The notes below the pieces were generated by a model. It was not told the origin of the DNA. It ran no database searches and worked only from the letters and a program-made list of their open reading frames with translations. A stretch of DNA of 64,000 nucleotides from Azolla caroliniana (lineage: Eukaryota > Plantae > Polypodiophyta), in assembly GCA_043228905.1 (NCBI GenBank), contig JBHGNT010000001.1, forward strand, positions 18,600,001 through 18,664,000, read 5' to 3'. Positions 12,655 to 24,293 of the stretch are shown here, piece by piece. Position numbers and translations under genes: made by a program. Positions within the stretch are counted from its first letter, which is position 1, and the number at the start of each line of letters is the position of its first letter.

Positions 12655-13578
12655 AACTATTTTGTACAAACAAAGGTTTGTCAATCAACATGGACAAAAC
12701 TAAAGTGATCGTGTTTAACACCACTCAAGCATGGGTAACAAGATCAGAACCAGAATTCTTCTTGGGAGAGGAAAAGGTGGAATACACCCGCTCCTACACA
12801 TACCTAGGAGTAACATTTATAGGACCTAGGTTCTCCTTATAGGAGGCTGCTTGTGCGCAGACCTAGGTTCTCCTTATAGGAGGCTGCTTGTGCCCAACTT
12901 TCTCATGGATATGCAGCCCTTGGTGCTCTCGAGACACAATCTGCACATTTGCAGTTCCAAGAGCCACGAACTAAGCTATGGTTATTTGATACACTTGTCA
13001 CACCAACTCTTCTCTATGGGGACCGAGTTTTAACAAGGCAAATTGTTGGAAAGATTTAGAGTAGAAACATGGGGACCGAGTCTTAACAAGGCAAATCATT
13101 GGAAAGATTTAGAGAGACCTTTAGTGTCAATGATTGCTTGTATGATAAGGAGCAAAGTATCGGTGCCCCACGATATAATCCGGGCAGAGATGGGAGCAGC
13201 ACCTATAATAACCGAGGCATTGTTCCGATCAGTGACATTTATCCAACGTCTATGGGAAGGTACCCAAGGTTGGCACTTATGTCATCAAGACAACTGGCTG
13301 AAAATGGAGACACTCATTGTTGGTATGCTGAAATGCAGCATTGGTTCAAGTCACATGGCATGACTGTATATGCACTACCCCCGGCTTGGACTGTCCCCAC
13401 CTAAATATGACCAAAGTGCAAAAGAATAGAGTGATCCGAACTCATATTATGCACTGTGTAGTGTGTGATAGGGCAGCTGCGAACTTCATCACATCAGCTA
13501 CAGATTGAGGTAGGCAGATATACACGACTACCTCTAGAAGAGAGAATTTGCCAATTGTGTCATCAAGGAGTGGAATCT
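12655..13578 (+). pseudogene. Second copy of LINE ORF2 C-terminal region
   Basis: Near-identical to ~14935-15950 (KLFCT.KGLSINMDKTKV...LRTSSHQLQIEVGRY), with deletions. Confidence 0.9.
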
Positions 13579-13579
13579 G

Positions 13580-16229
13580 ATTTAGATCCTTTCACACCCC
13601 TTGAAGAATTTACCCAAGGATTGACCAAATCATTGCATAAAGCAGCCACAAATGCCTTCCCTCACACAACAGCCAATCCCCCCAAACTTGGTAGAGTAAT
13701 ACAAAATAGTTGGTATGATGAGGAATGTCGTGCTACAAGGAGATGCTTGCAGCGTGATGTAACTCGAGGCATTTATACACACAACCAAGCAAGAGCAACC
13801 TTCCAACGTCTAGTAAGGAAGAAGAAGAGATTGTATTTGGCTAAATTTGAGGATCATTTGTATCGCTTGTTCCTAGGACAAGAGAGTAAAAGAGCACAAT
13901 GTCTCGTAAGGAAGAAGAAGAGATTGTATTTGGCTAAATTTGAGGATCATTTGTATCGCTTGTTCCTAGGACAAGAGAGTAAAAGAGCATGGAAAATGTT
14001 TAATGAGAGGCAACCCACCACACAACTGACCTCACCTCAAGCGTGGCATGAATACGCAAAGGTTCTATATGATATCCCGGGGCAACCTCCTCTTCCCCAC
14101 CCGAATGCTTCACGCCCACATGAATCAACCTTCGTTACACCACAAAATGTAAGAAATGCCATTGATCGGCTACAATTTGGGAAGGCCCAAGATCATGATA
14201 GATTGGTGGGTGAGCACTTTATCTATGCCCGCGACACCTTGCTTCCATTGCTAGCACACATCTTTAATAGAGCCATGTGTGAAAGTTTCCTTCCCTACTA
14301 TATGGACTCAGCATACCATTGTGCCAATTCTCAAAAGTGGAGACCCCATGATGCCAAGCAACTATAGGACAATCATGTTTGGCCATTACTTGGCTAAACT
14401 ATATGGATTGATTCTAGAATCAGAATTGAGTATATGGGCAGAGCAGAATGGCTGCCGTTCAGTTGGATAGGTAGGCTTTCGGAAGGGGTTCACAACTTTG
14501 GATCACATATTCACCCTCCGGGCCCTTATTGAGGAGGGTAGAGCCCAGAATAAGAGGATTTATTGCTGCTTTGTGGATTTCCGAAAAGCCTTTGACTTTG
14601 TGCCACATGCTCGGCTTATGCAACGGCTAGAAGCCCTTGGTGTTCCTATATGCAATGGGGAGTTTATGCACTCTATGAATCTGTGTCAGGAAAAGTGCAG
14701 TCTTCTAAGGGCTTGTCAGAGGCGGTGGCTAGCACAATTGGAGTGAAGCAAGGATGCCCACTATCCCCCACTCTCTTCGGTCTCTATATAGATGAGGTAT
14801 CACATTACATAGAGAGATTTGGGTGTTCCGGTGCATGCCTAGGAGGTATAGCTATACAAATATTACTATATCCTGATGACATTGTGTTGATTTCTGACTC
14901 TCCGGAGGTACTACAAAGACATCTAAATGCCTTAAAACTATTTTGTACGGACAAAGGTTTGTCAATCAACATGGACAAAACTAAAGTGATGGTGTTTAAC
15001 ACCACTCAAGCATGGGTAACAAGATCAGAACTAGAATTCTTCTTGGGAGAGGAAAAGGTGGAATACACACGCTCCTACACATACCTAGGACTAACATTTA
15101 CAAGACCTAGGTTCTCCTTACAAGAGGCTGCTTGTGCCCGACCTTCTCATGGATATGCAGCCCTTGGTGCTCTCGAGAGACAATGTGCACATTTGTAGTT
15201 CCAAGAGCCACCGACTAAGCTATGGTTATTTGATACACTTGTCACACCAACTCTTCTCTATGGAGTAGAAACATGGGGACCGAGTCTTAACAAGGCAAAT
15301 CATTGGGAAGATTTAGAGAGACCTTTAGTGTCAATGATTGCTCGCATGATAAGGAGCAAAGCATCGGTGCCCCACGATATAATCTGGGCAGAGATGGGAG
15401 CAACACCTATAATAACTGAGGCATTGTTCCAATCAGTGACATTTATCCAACGTCTTTGGGAGCTATCTAAACGGAGGTACCCAAGGTTGGCACTTATGTC
15501 ATCAAGACAACTAGGTGAAAAGGGAGACACTCATTGTTGGTATGCTGAAATTTAGCAATGGTTGGAGTCACATAGCATGAGTATAAATGCACTACCGCCG
15601 TTTCAATATAGCTTGGATTGTCCCCACCTAAATATGACCAATGTGGAAAAGAATAGAGTGATCCGGACTGAGTTTATTAACTTGGAAAACAAGATAACAT
15701 GGATCAGCCCCAAAATACCACTTGGTACAAAGATGGCCCACTATAAGACGCACTTCTTACATACATCGGAGGATGGATTCGTCATCAGGCCACCTTATAT
15801 GGACATACATCTATCCTATGCGTTGCGTACTGCGATAGGGCAGCAACGAACTTCATCACATCAGCTACAGATTGAGGTAGGCAGATATACACTTTTTCTC
15901 TACCTCTAGAAGAGAGAATTTGCCAATTGTGTCATCAAGGAGTGGAATTTGAGGAACACTATGTTTGTCATTATAGTGTCTTTTATGAAATCAGAGGGAG
16001 ATACCATTGCCTCTTTAAACAAGGCTTTGGCCCACTACGCAAGGTAATGGAATATGAGGACCAACGATGCCTAGGACTTTTCTTGCTAGAGCTCAAGAGA
16101 CATCGGGAAAAGTTGTTGAAGAATACAACCACACAAGCTCATCCACAAAGAACCATCACAACTTTCTTTAGCCCCATCACTCCTACTAATGCTACAAGTC
16201 CATCACGGGATACACAAATGGGCTCCTGA
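13580..16229 (+). pseudogene. LINE ORF2 (linker, RT, C-terminal zinc finger); endonuclease absent
   Basis: ORFs 13465, 14279, 14498, 14650, 15328, 15562 and 15927 with RT motifs; multiple frameshifts. Confidence 0.9.
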
Positions 16230-16736
16230 CCAGGACATAACAAAGGGGTTACAATTGATCGGGCAATATCAATTTGCCATGCACATAGGCCCTGGCCCCA
16301 TGGACCACGACCTCGACACCCTTGTCATCGACAGATAAAAGCCATTATCTCCTGCCATCGTAGTTGCTTCCCTCGCTTCAGAGACATTTCCATTCTGGAT
16401 TGACCTATGCTAGAGATCTTTCGAAGACAAAAGCTACAATATACCTAACTTGAGAAAATCTCACATGTGCCAAAAACCAGATTCCCTCATTTTTTCTCTT
16501 TTCATCTCGTTTACCTTTATATTTACTGTGTAATATCTATTTTATTTTGATTTGTTCTCAAAGACGAGAAAACACTCAAGATGGAATTTCTTATTTGGTC
16601 TTATAGGCCATTTTGGCCTCTTAAAAGACGTTAATATATCTTTCTTTCTTCTTTCTTCTCTCCCTACGTCTATCACTCAGACTCTCTCCCTCTCTGGTTG
16701 ACCTAAACCCTAATCCTCGTGCTGCCCTTCACTTCC

Positions 16737-17640
16737 CAACTCTAGAAAGTGTTTGCCATAATCTGTTACGTCACTCATATATTGAACTTGTCGCTTTACA
16801 CCAACTTATTCTGCCACAACCTCCCCATAAATAGACTCACTTCTGTAAAACTTAGTTGATTTTTCATCCTTAGTTCAAGAATTTAAGTCTCCTAATAGTA
16901 AATACCCCACGATAGCAATTCTTATATGGTCATATAATGGTATTTATGGTGATTTTTGTAGAGGTGCAAACCTCGAGTAGGCAGGTGGAAAGTAGAAAAT
17001 TGCAATATATAGCTGTCTTAGATCCCCTCTTTTGATATGTATCCACATATATAATGTGCACCTATATTCTTATTCACAACATGCACTCTATTGTGGAACT
17101 CCTTTTCGTACAACACAACCACTCCTATGGAGGCTCTAATGCTTGGTGATGACATATGGGCTCGTATCTATATCCTTGTACTATGGGAGTTTACTATCAA
17201 TGATGGGTCTTTGATACATAGCAATATATATGTTCTTGAAGGTATCTTCAAATTCGACATCTGTTCATCAAGAGCCATTACATTTGCATAGAGTCATGTG
17301 TAAGGTCTCATAGGCCATATGCGTCTCTCTTCTTTGTAATAATGACCTTTCTATCTCTATATACAACCGATTTGCCTGCCTTCCTTGCGTGGAGCACTCA
17401 TGGTATGTTTTCTTTGTGATGTGCTGCTTGAGTTGGATTGAGATTGTCATCTAAAAGTATTGTCACCCATGAGTGCCCTTCTCTTGGATAGGAAAGCTTT
17501 TTTCTTTTCCATTGGTGAAGCAGATGATCATGGCTTTAGTTCTAGACTTTAAAGTGAGCCAAGAGTAATTCAGCGCACCGCCACATCACACATCCTGAGA
17601 TAGAGAGATTCACAATATTTATTTATTTGGGTGTCTCCCC
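16737..17640 (-). mobile_element. 5' part of the host minus-strand LINE: ORF1 C-terminus and AP endonuclease
   Basis: Minus-strand fragments KAMIICFT, KKKAFLSKRR, RQLYIAIFYFPP, LLGDLNS and DVTDYGKHFLEL|GSAHG; the last joins in frame with 1140 across the CTTCC TSD. Confidence 0.85.
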
Positions 17641-17648
17641 TTTAGGTT

Positions 17649-17670
17649 TATATATATATATATATATATA
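17649..17670. repeat. (TA)n microsatellite
   Basis: Read directly from the sequence. Confidence 0.95.
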
Positions 17671-17686
17671 AAAACTGTGCTAAGGG

Positions 17687-19110
17687 TGCATTCACACCCA
17701 TGCACGAATAAAAAGCACGATGGCCTTTATCCCAACAGCTTCCTATCTAAAGGTAATGTGCCTTGGCATTCAACCTGTGCACAAATAAAAAGCACAATGG
17801 CCCTTTATCCCAACAATCTCCCATCTAAAGGCAATGTGCCTTGAGAGGAGAAGGGATCAATTAAGTCTAAGTATTTACAAAGCTGAAATACATATACCTA
17901 TCCAACTCCCATCATTTGTTGGCAATGAGCAAGCCACTTTGCTCGAAGACCCTTCGTGAGAAGATATGCAGAATTATCATCTCTATGCACCTTGATAAGC
18001 TCAATGCTCTTGCTGTCAAGTACATTAGAGGCACAGGATTATCATCTGTATGCACTTTGACAAGCTCAATGCTCTTGCTGTCCAGTACATCTCTGATGAA
18101 GTGATACTGTATGTGCTTCGTCTTTGCCTTGTAAATTTCACCACATTGTTCTGAAAAATGAAAACATGACCATTGAATCGAACTTGCATACCTTGCCCCA
18201 CTATTTGTTCAACTAACTCTTCAGTTCTGTAATACACATCTTGCAACACATCTGTAATACACACCCGATGCTCATTGCTGCTGCTGAACGGAGGTATCAT
18301 TGATGTGATTAATGAGGCATGTGGTGTTGTCGTCTGTCTTCACATAGTTGGGCTGCGTGTGAGTCCCCAAGTCATGAAACTATTCTCCATGGCTTGTGCC
18401 AAATAGACAAATCTCACGTCATCCACCTAGTGCTTGCCAACATTGAGTTTGCTTTGTGTTTCATCATATTCTACTATAGTCGTCGTGGTCAGAGTTGGAA
18501 ATTAGTCAGTGGTTTGCCAATTGTTTGGTGGCATCAGTGTTTTTCTTACGACAACCTGCTTCAATGTGACTGCTTGCTGCAATACTAACATTCAGTTTGT
18601 TTTGGCGGTTTGCACTGCCATAGAAATTTCCTGTTCTTCTAGGATTTCCACATCTACTCCCTTTCATTTCATGTTGAGGTTGGGAGTCCATATTTTGTGT
18701 GTTTTTCATGTTTGTATCATCCACAACCTAGTCTTCTTTCTCTTCCATGGTTGTGAATGCTGTCGGTGTGAATAGAGCATTTAGCTTTTGGAGGCTGTGC
18801 TCTTCATGATGACATACTATTCAACTCTTGTTGGAGTTGAAGCTTGTATGTGATTGGGTTGGCAGTGAATATCTTCTTAAACGTTACCCAGGCTTCATTC
18901 TATGTCTTAGCATCTTGGACATGTGGTTGTGTATGTGCATTTCTAGAAAATACATGATGCAACTTTCAACTTGTTGTCATCTTGCAGTCAATGTGCATTG
19001 TGCTGATCATGTCAAGGTCACCTTCAATGTAAAATCCAATAGCCTTGCGCTACAAGGTATTCATGCATCTTATGTTTCCATGGTATAAAGCTACTCTGAT
19101 CAATCTTCTT
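17687..19110 (-). mobile_element. Heavily deleted Copia relic with LTR fragments related to the 1246 LTR
   Basis: 17687-17840 is the reverse complement of tgttggga.aaggccatcgtgc...gtgtgaatgcac (two units). Minus-strand SIELIKVHRDDNSAYLLTKGL (RNase H end) and VEQIVGQGMQVRF (protease-adjacent). Degenerate PBS near 19095. Confidence 0.6.
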
Positions 19111-19160
19111 ACTAGAAATAGAGTTTCAACTTTAATCAACACTTTATATAAGGTAGGGGG

Positions 19161-20916
19161 TAGGGATCGGCAACGGCTCGGCCCAAGCCTAAACTGTTTA
19201 GCTAAACTAGTTTAAAACGGCTTAGCGGCTTGGCTTGGCTTAGGCTTGAGCCTGCCTAAATGGTTTGAGCTTGGCTCGGCTCGGCTTGGCTTGTCTTGGC
19301 TTGAACCTTGTCAAACGGGGCCGTTTATGTGATTTAATAGTTTAGGTTAGAGAAAAACTTAAAAGTTAGAAATTAGATAGTTAGAAACTTGAGAGAGAGA
19401 GACTAACTCATTGAGAGGAAGTAACAATCGGCAATGGTTCGGTTCGAGAGTGTCCAAACCAAACCTCTAAAAAAATTTGAAACCTAAACCGAACCGTTAC
19501 ATGAAATTCTAAACCGTTAAACCATTAAACTGCTAAAACCGCAATTTCGTGTTTCGGTTTTGGTTTTCAACTTAGGTCAAATTTAATATATTTTATTATG
19601 TCAAATTTTGAATTTTCAAAAATTTAAAGATTTTTCCTAAAATGTGAGAATTAGGCTTAAAAATGAAAAGGTTGTTTCAAATTGTTAAAACCGAACTGAT
19701 CACCCCCGAACTGAACCGAAACCGAACCGTTCACCCCCAAACCGAACTGTTAAAAAAACTTGAACCTGAACCGAACTGAACTGAACCGTTAAGACGTGGT
19801 TTCGCAGTTCGGCCGTTGCTGATTGTTAAGAGGAAGCCATAGCCATAGGCAACGACTGTTGAATCAGAGACTAGAGTGACGACTCACGAGTCTCCACACA
19901 GACATGAGAGAGGGAGAGAGAGAGACGGAGAGAGAGAGAGAGGGAGCCTGCATACTACATAGCGGACAACAACGAGCAGGACTGCCTGTAGCCTAGACTC
20001 CTTCATGTAATCAGTGACATTGTTTTAATCACTGATTTACTGATCCTCTTCGGCACTCTCAACCTTTAAGTTCTTTGATGATGGTCGTTGATATCTTCCC
20101 GTGATTATCTTCTGCAATAGTAGCCACTGATATTTTCCCCCGATTTATCTGGCCAAAAATTGGGTCTATGTGACATGCCCATGACATGCCAAGCTTAGTT
20201 TCCAGCAATTTATCCCACCCAAATTGCTTCTCAAAGCCAAAACACTTCTTGCGAACCAAGAATGTGAAAGATGTATACTTTCCTTTTCTCTAATTATATT
20301 ATGTAATTGTTGCTTCTTGGGTTAAATCATTGGAGGTTTTTGTATACAATTGTTAGCCAACAGGAGAACCTCAGAGTCATCATATGAGCATAGCATACTT
20401 TTCTTCTTCTTCTTCTTCTTCTTCTTTAATACAATCATTTTCCTTACCTTTTATGGCTTCCCTTTTTTGTATCTGCGATAGCGGATTCATTTTCCTTACC
20501 TAACATATTGGATTGATTTGTGGGAGGAAGAGAGAGAAGTTCATAGAGACGAGGCCGAGTGAAGAAAGCTTGGATTAAGGTGGCTATGGTGGTGAGGCCA
20601 AGGGCAAGCCATGTCCATGTGCTAGCAAGCAAGGTGTCTTGTAGAAGCATGGAAATTGGCATGCATGTCTCCATAGCCATCATATATTTGTGTCTAGGAT
20701 GGTGATGGTGGTCGTGGTGCTGATTATGATGTTGAGGTTGAGGGGAAGAAGAATAATGGTGAGGTTCCCAAACTGGTTTTAAACCGGTTTAGCCTAAACC
20801 AGTTTAGGGATCGGTTTGGTTCAGGTTTGAGAACCCCAAAATGGTTTAGGCTTAAGCGGTTTGGCTTGGATAAGGCCAAACCATTTAAGCCTAAACCGAA
20901 CCATTGCCGATCCCTA
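19161..20916. mobile_element. Non-autonomous hAT-type DNA transposon
   Basis: TIRs TAGGGATCGGCAACGG / CCATTGCCGATCCCTA. 8-bp TSD gtaggggg (19153-19160) vs gcaggggg (20917-20924). Subterminal aaaccg/cggttt/ggcttg motif arrays. Confidence 0.88.
19422..19828. mobile_element. hAT-type MITE nested in the element above
   Basis: TIRs TAACAATCGGCAATGG / CCGTTGCTGATTGTTA. Perfect 8-bp TSD AGAGGAAG (19414-19421; 19829-19836). Many aaccg motifs. Confidence 0.93.
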
Positions 20917-21917
20917 GCAGGGGGCTTGGTTTTTATGGTACTACCCCTCTTACTACTTATCATGTTGGGAGTGGGTGAGATATGAGATCTCCTATACATA
21001 GAATATTTTGGCCTGTCTCTTACATATGACGAGGGTGGTTAATCACCTTTGACAAAAGTGACAAGGGAGGTGGTCTTCAATTCAGAAATGTGCTCTACCA
21101 TAGGTGTATTCACACAATGTGAATAGATGAGCTTTTATTGCAATGTACAAGGGATTATTACTTAATCAAGTAGACTATAAATTATGCAAGGTTTAAGGTA
21201 AGATAAATGGATTAAGAAGTGAGTAATGGAATTAGGATAGGGTAAGTGGATTATGAAGATATTGATACTAGAATGTTGGAATAGAAAGAAATTATGAGAA
21301 ATTATTTGGAGTATTGACCATGAGACTATTGATTAAATCATGATTAATGTAGAGCTATTTTATGACTATGGATTTAATTAGGGTTTGGGAAGAATGTCAC
21401 TAATTTGTTGAGCTCTTGCTATTAAATTTTTTGGGTTTCTGAGGTCCTTACCTTCTAATCTAATTCATCTCATTACAGAGAGCCTTTTCTATATACGAAC
21501 ATAACATATGTTTCATTCATATTTTTTCAATACTTGGAACGTTTAGGCATATCTCTAAAATTTATAGGGCATGGTCCATATTTAGAATATCAAGATAATC
21601 CTTCAAATATTCGCAATATGTAGTGTACTTTGAAGAAATTTATTGTAAATTTGGGTGAATCTTTCAAAGACTTGGTTTTTGCAATTTCCAGATGTTTCCA
21701 AAATCCTGGAAAATTAGCCTAACTCATTTCCCGCTTCTGAAGTACTAAGAGGTCAATAATGGATAGGACCAGTCAGAGCATGCAAGCTTTTTACTTTTAA
21801 AGAGCTGAAATGATAATAATGAGCATGTGACAACTATATCTGATATCAATATTCTTATTCTTATTCTGTTCTTAATACTTGTATTGTCTAAGAGAACAAC
21901 TCAACCGTAGCTTGCAG

Positions 21918-22037
21918 AATATCAGAGATACAGTTGGAGGACATTATGATGCTGTTTTAGATACTATTGGGATGCAGGAAACTGAGGCTTTGGGTATTAA
22001 TAGTCTGAGGAAAGGTGGCCACTACATGACTCTTCAG
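21918..22037 (+). CDS. RTN4IP1: RTN4IP1-like NAD(P)H:quinone oxidoreductase (MDR superfamily), third-last exon
   Basis: cttgcag|NIRDTVGGHYDAVLDTIGMQETEALGINSLRKGGHYMTLQ|gtatgt. Matches, from memory, the plant RTN4IP1-like C-terminus (DAVLDTIG...KGG.YMTLQG). Confidence 0.85.
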
Positions 22038-22347
22038 GTATGTGGGAACACGTCTTTAAATTGTCAGAAAATAGTTATTATTGGGACAAACACCAAACAA
22101 GACCTTTTTGATACATACCTGAGTACCTGTAGTTTCCAAATACGACAAGTATGCTCAAGTTGTGCTCCAGAGGGTTGCCCTGGTAATATGAAAGTAGGGT
22201 ATTCTTGTAAATACCTGATCTATTGGATATTTGCAAGAATACCCCTATTGTATACACAGGGAGAAACTTTGGCCTTCACTATTTGGTGAGCTATTGATGA
22301 ATGGAGTTTTTCAAGATAATGTAAAAACCATGCTATTCTGTTCACAG

Positions 22348-22456
22348 GGAGAAACAGTTAGCTATGCTGATAAATTGGGTTTAATAGCTGGTGGTGCTGT
22401 AGCAGCAGCTGTTTTGTTTAGGAAACAAATACAATACCGACAATCTCATGGCATTG
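22348..22456 (+). CDS. RTN4IP1: RTN4IP1-like oxidoreductase, second-last exon
   Basis: ttcacag|GETVSYADKLGLIAGGAVAAAVLFRKQIQYRQSHGI G|gtaatt; phase consistent with the neighbouring exons. Confidence 0.85.
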
Positions 22457-22952
22457 GTAATTATTCTACTATTTGTCTACAACAGTGAGTGTATTTGTGT
22501 GCCCTTTTGAGAAGACAATGATCAAAATGCCACTTAAGTTTTCCATAGTTCCTTAAGTTCAACTCACATGTACCAAATTCCTAAAATGCTACAAAAAAAA
22601 TCTTCATTACTAGATTAGGTTTTAATTAGCAACTAAGTCACTAGCATCCACAAGGTTAAGATAATCTTCTGAAGCTCATAAATTGGATTGGAAAAAGTAG
22701 AGTAAGCATGAATTCTTAATTAATTTTCAGAAATTTGGATCTGAAAATGTAGAATCACGATGTTTAGTTCCTAATTAAAACCTAATTATTGATTTGGTGA
22801 TTCCCTATAAAATCATTAATTTTACTGTGCTCAAAAACTTGTTATTGGCAAATCAATTCTTGGAATCTGGTAGTAGTAGGAAATTATTATAACTAGAATG
22901 AAATTTTATGAATTTGCCCAGTAATTAATGAAAAGAACCCCTATTTCTCCAG

Positions 22953-23134
22953 AGTATTCATGGACTATAATGAGAACAGATCCTGAGGCCCTTGAGGACA
23001 TTGCAAAATTGGTTAGGAATGGACTAATGAAGATCCCTATTGGTAAATCGTTTTCACTCTGGGATGCTGCAGAAGCTCATGAGATTCATGAGAAAAAGCA
23101 AGCACATGGCAAGGTGGTTTTATTTCTTGAATGA
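22953..23134 (+). CDS. RTN4IP1: RTN4IP1-like oxidoreductase, last exon
   Basis: ctccag|(E)YSWTIMRTDPEALEDIAKLVRNGLMKIPIGKSFSLWDAAEAHEIHEKKQAHGKVVLFLE*; GKVVL is the MDR-family terminal motif. Confidence 0.88.
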
Positions 23135-24293
23135 ATGCTCCATTCATGAAAAGAAGAGTTATTCCATGCGGAAGTTTGTAATGGGCCATGTATAGTTAGC
23201 TCACTCGAACCTAATCTTAATTCCAAAGTACTTTTACCCTTTTCCTGTCGACTTGCTGCTTGATTGAAGATTTTATGATGACACCTTTCTTTGTCATGAG
23301 TCCTACATCATGAGATAAGCTTTTTGCCCTCCAAATAAATGCTATTTGGTGGTGTACATCTTTAAAAATGCATACCCATCAAAATGACTTACCTTGTGAT
23401 ACAATGCAATAGTATTTAAGTTGAAACTTATACATTGTATTCATATAACCATGGATAGTGTATGGTGCAAAGAAAATGAAGGATATAATTAGAGATTTTC
23501 TGTTCTGTTAATCCAGTATGTGTTATTCAATGATTAAATAGTATTTCTTCTGGCTTATGTTTGTGATGTGTACGAGAAAGTATGCACTGACATTTATGGA
23601 TGCCGTTTTTATTCCTGTTTTTCTTTTTCCAAGATGCCGTGACTTTTCTTACTTTGTAACTTGAAAGAAAACAAAAAAGGTGATGATTTGATATAATTTC
23701 TCGATTAGAAGGGATGGTTTAATAATATTATTGCACTTGCCTGGGGATGAAGGTCAAGAGCATTTAGTAGAAAAAAAAGCTTCAAGAATGTAAGCCTGGT
23801 AGTGTTTATAATGCAAAAAGTCCTCAATGTTGAGGTAAAGAAATTCATTTAAGACCTTTATTCTGCTCTTTGTCATTTTTGACATTACTTTTAAATAAGA
23901 TGCTAAGCCTATGTAATTTTGTGCAACAAAAGTGGTGCAGATTATGTTAAAAAAAATCTTCCTATTTTCAAATAACATGCAGCTCCAAGTTAATAGTTTT
24001 GAGTGAAACACTAGGAACTTTATGGAACAAATATGGTCAGGGTTATGTTACACTTTACTTTTTGAGGATTCATCTTTGTGAATGAACTCATGTGATTTGC
24101 CAAATACAATGACGGTTGTGAGGATTATGTAGAAATATTGTTCTTCATGCTATTTGCTCATAGTTTATGCAACAAATGTGCTGAGGATTTTGTTGCAAAT
24201 TTCCACTTCTTGAGAGTCATTTGCCAATGAATTTGATGCTATTTGTTAAGGAACATGTTACTTTGCACAACAAATTTGGTGAAGACATACCGT

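Larger units (their letters stand above)
7573..16660 (+). mobile_element. RTEX-like LINE (rearranged): 5'UTR, ORF1, duplicated RT C-terminus, ORF2, 3'UTR and TTC/TTCT tail
   Basis: ORF1 at 8086-8685 plus 12256-12650. RT motifs GFRKG..DHIFTL, FVDFRKAFD, GVKQGCPLSPTLF, LLYPDD. C-terminal LRTSSHQLQIEVGRY...CQLC...EEHYVCH zinc finger. Simple-repeat tail at ~16640-16660. Confidence 0.85.
1246..16731 (+). mobile_element. Outer Ty1/Copia LTR retrotransposon (decayed; hosts nested Gypsy, LINE and Copia)
   Basis: 5' LTR TGTTGGG...CCCTTCA (1246-1443), then PBS. The LTR 3' end ggttgacctaaaccctaatcctcgtgctgcccttca recurs ending at 16731. 5-bp TSD CTTCC at 1241-1245 and 16732-16736. gag, protease and integrase remnants lie inside. 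Confidence 0.9.

Noticed and set aside
20444-20690. GYGDMHA potassium-channel filter-like peptide on the minus strand
   Set aside because: It lacks the preceding TT(V/I) pore helix and is bounded by nearby stops; likely chance.
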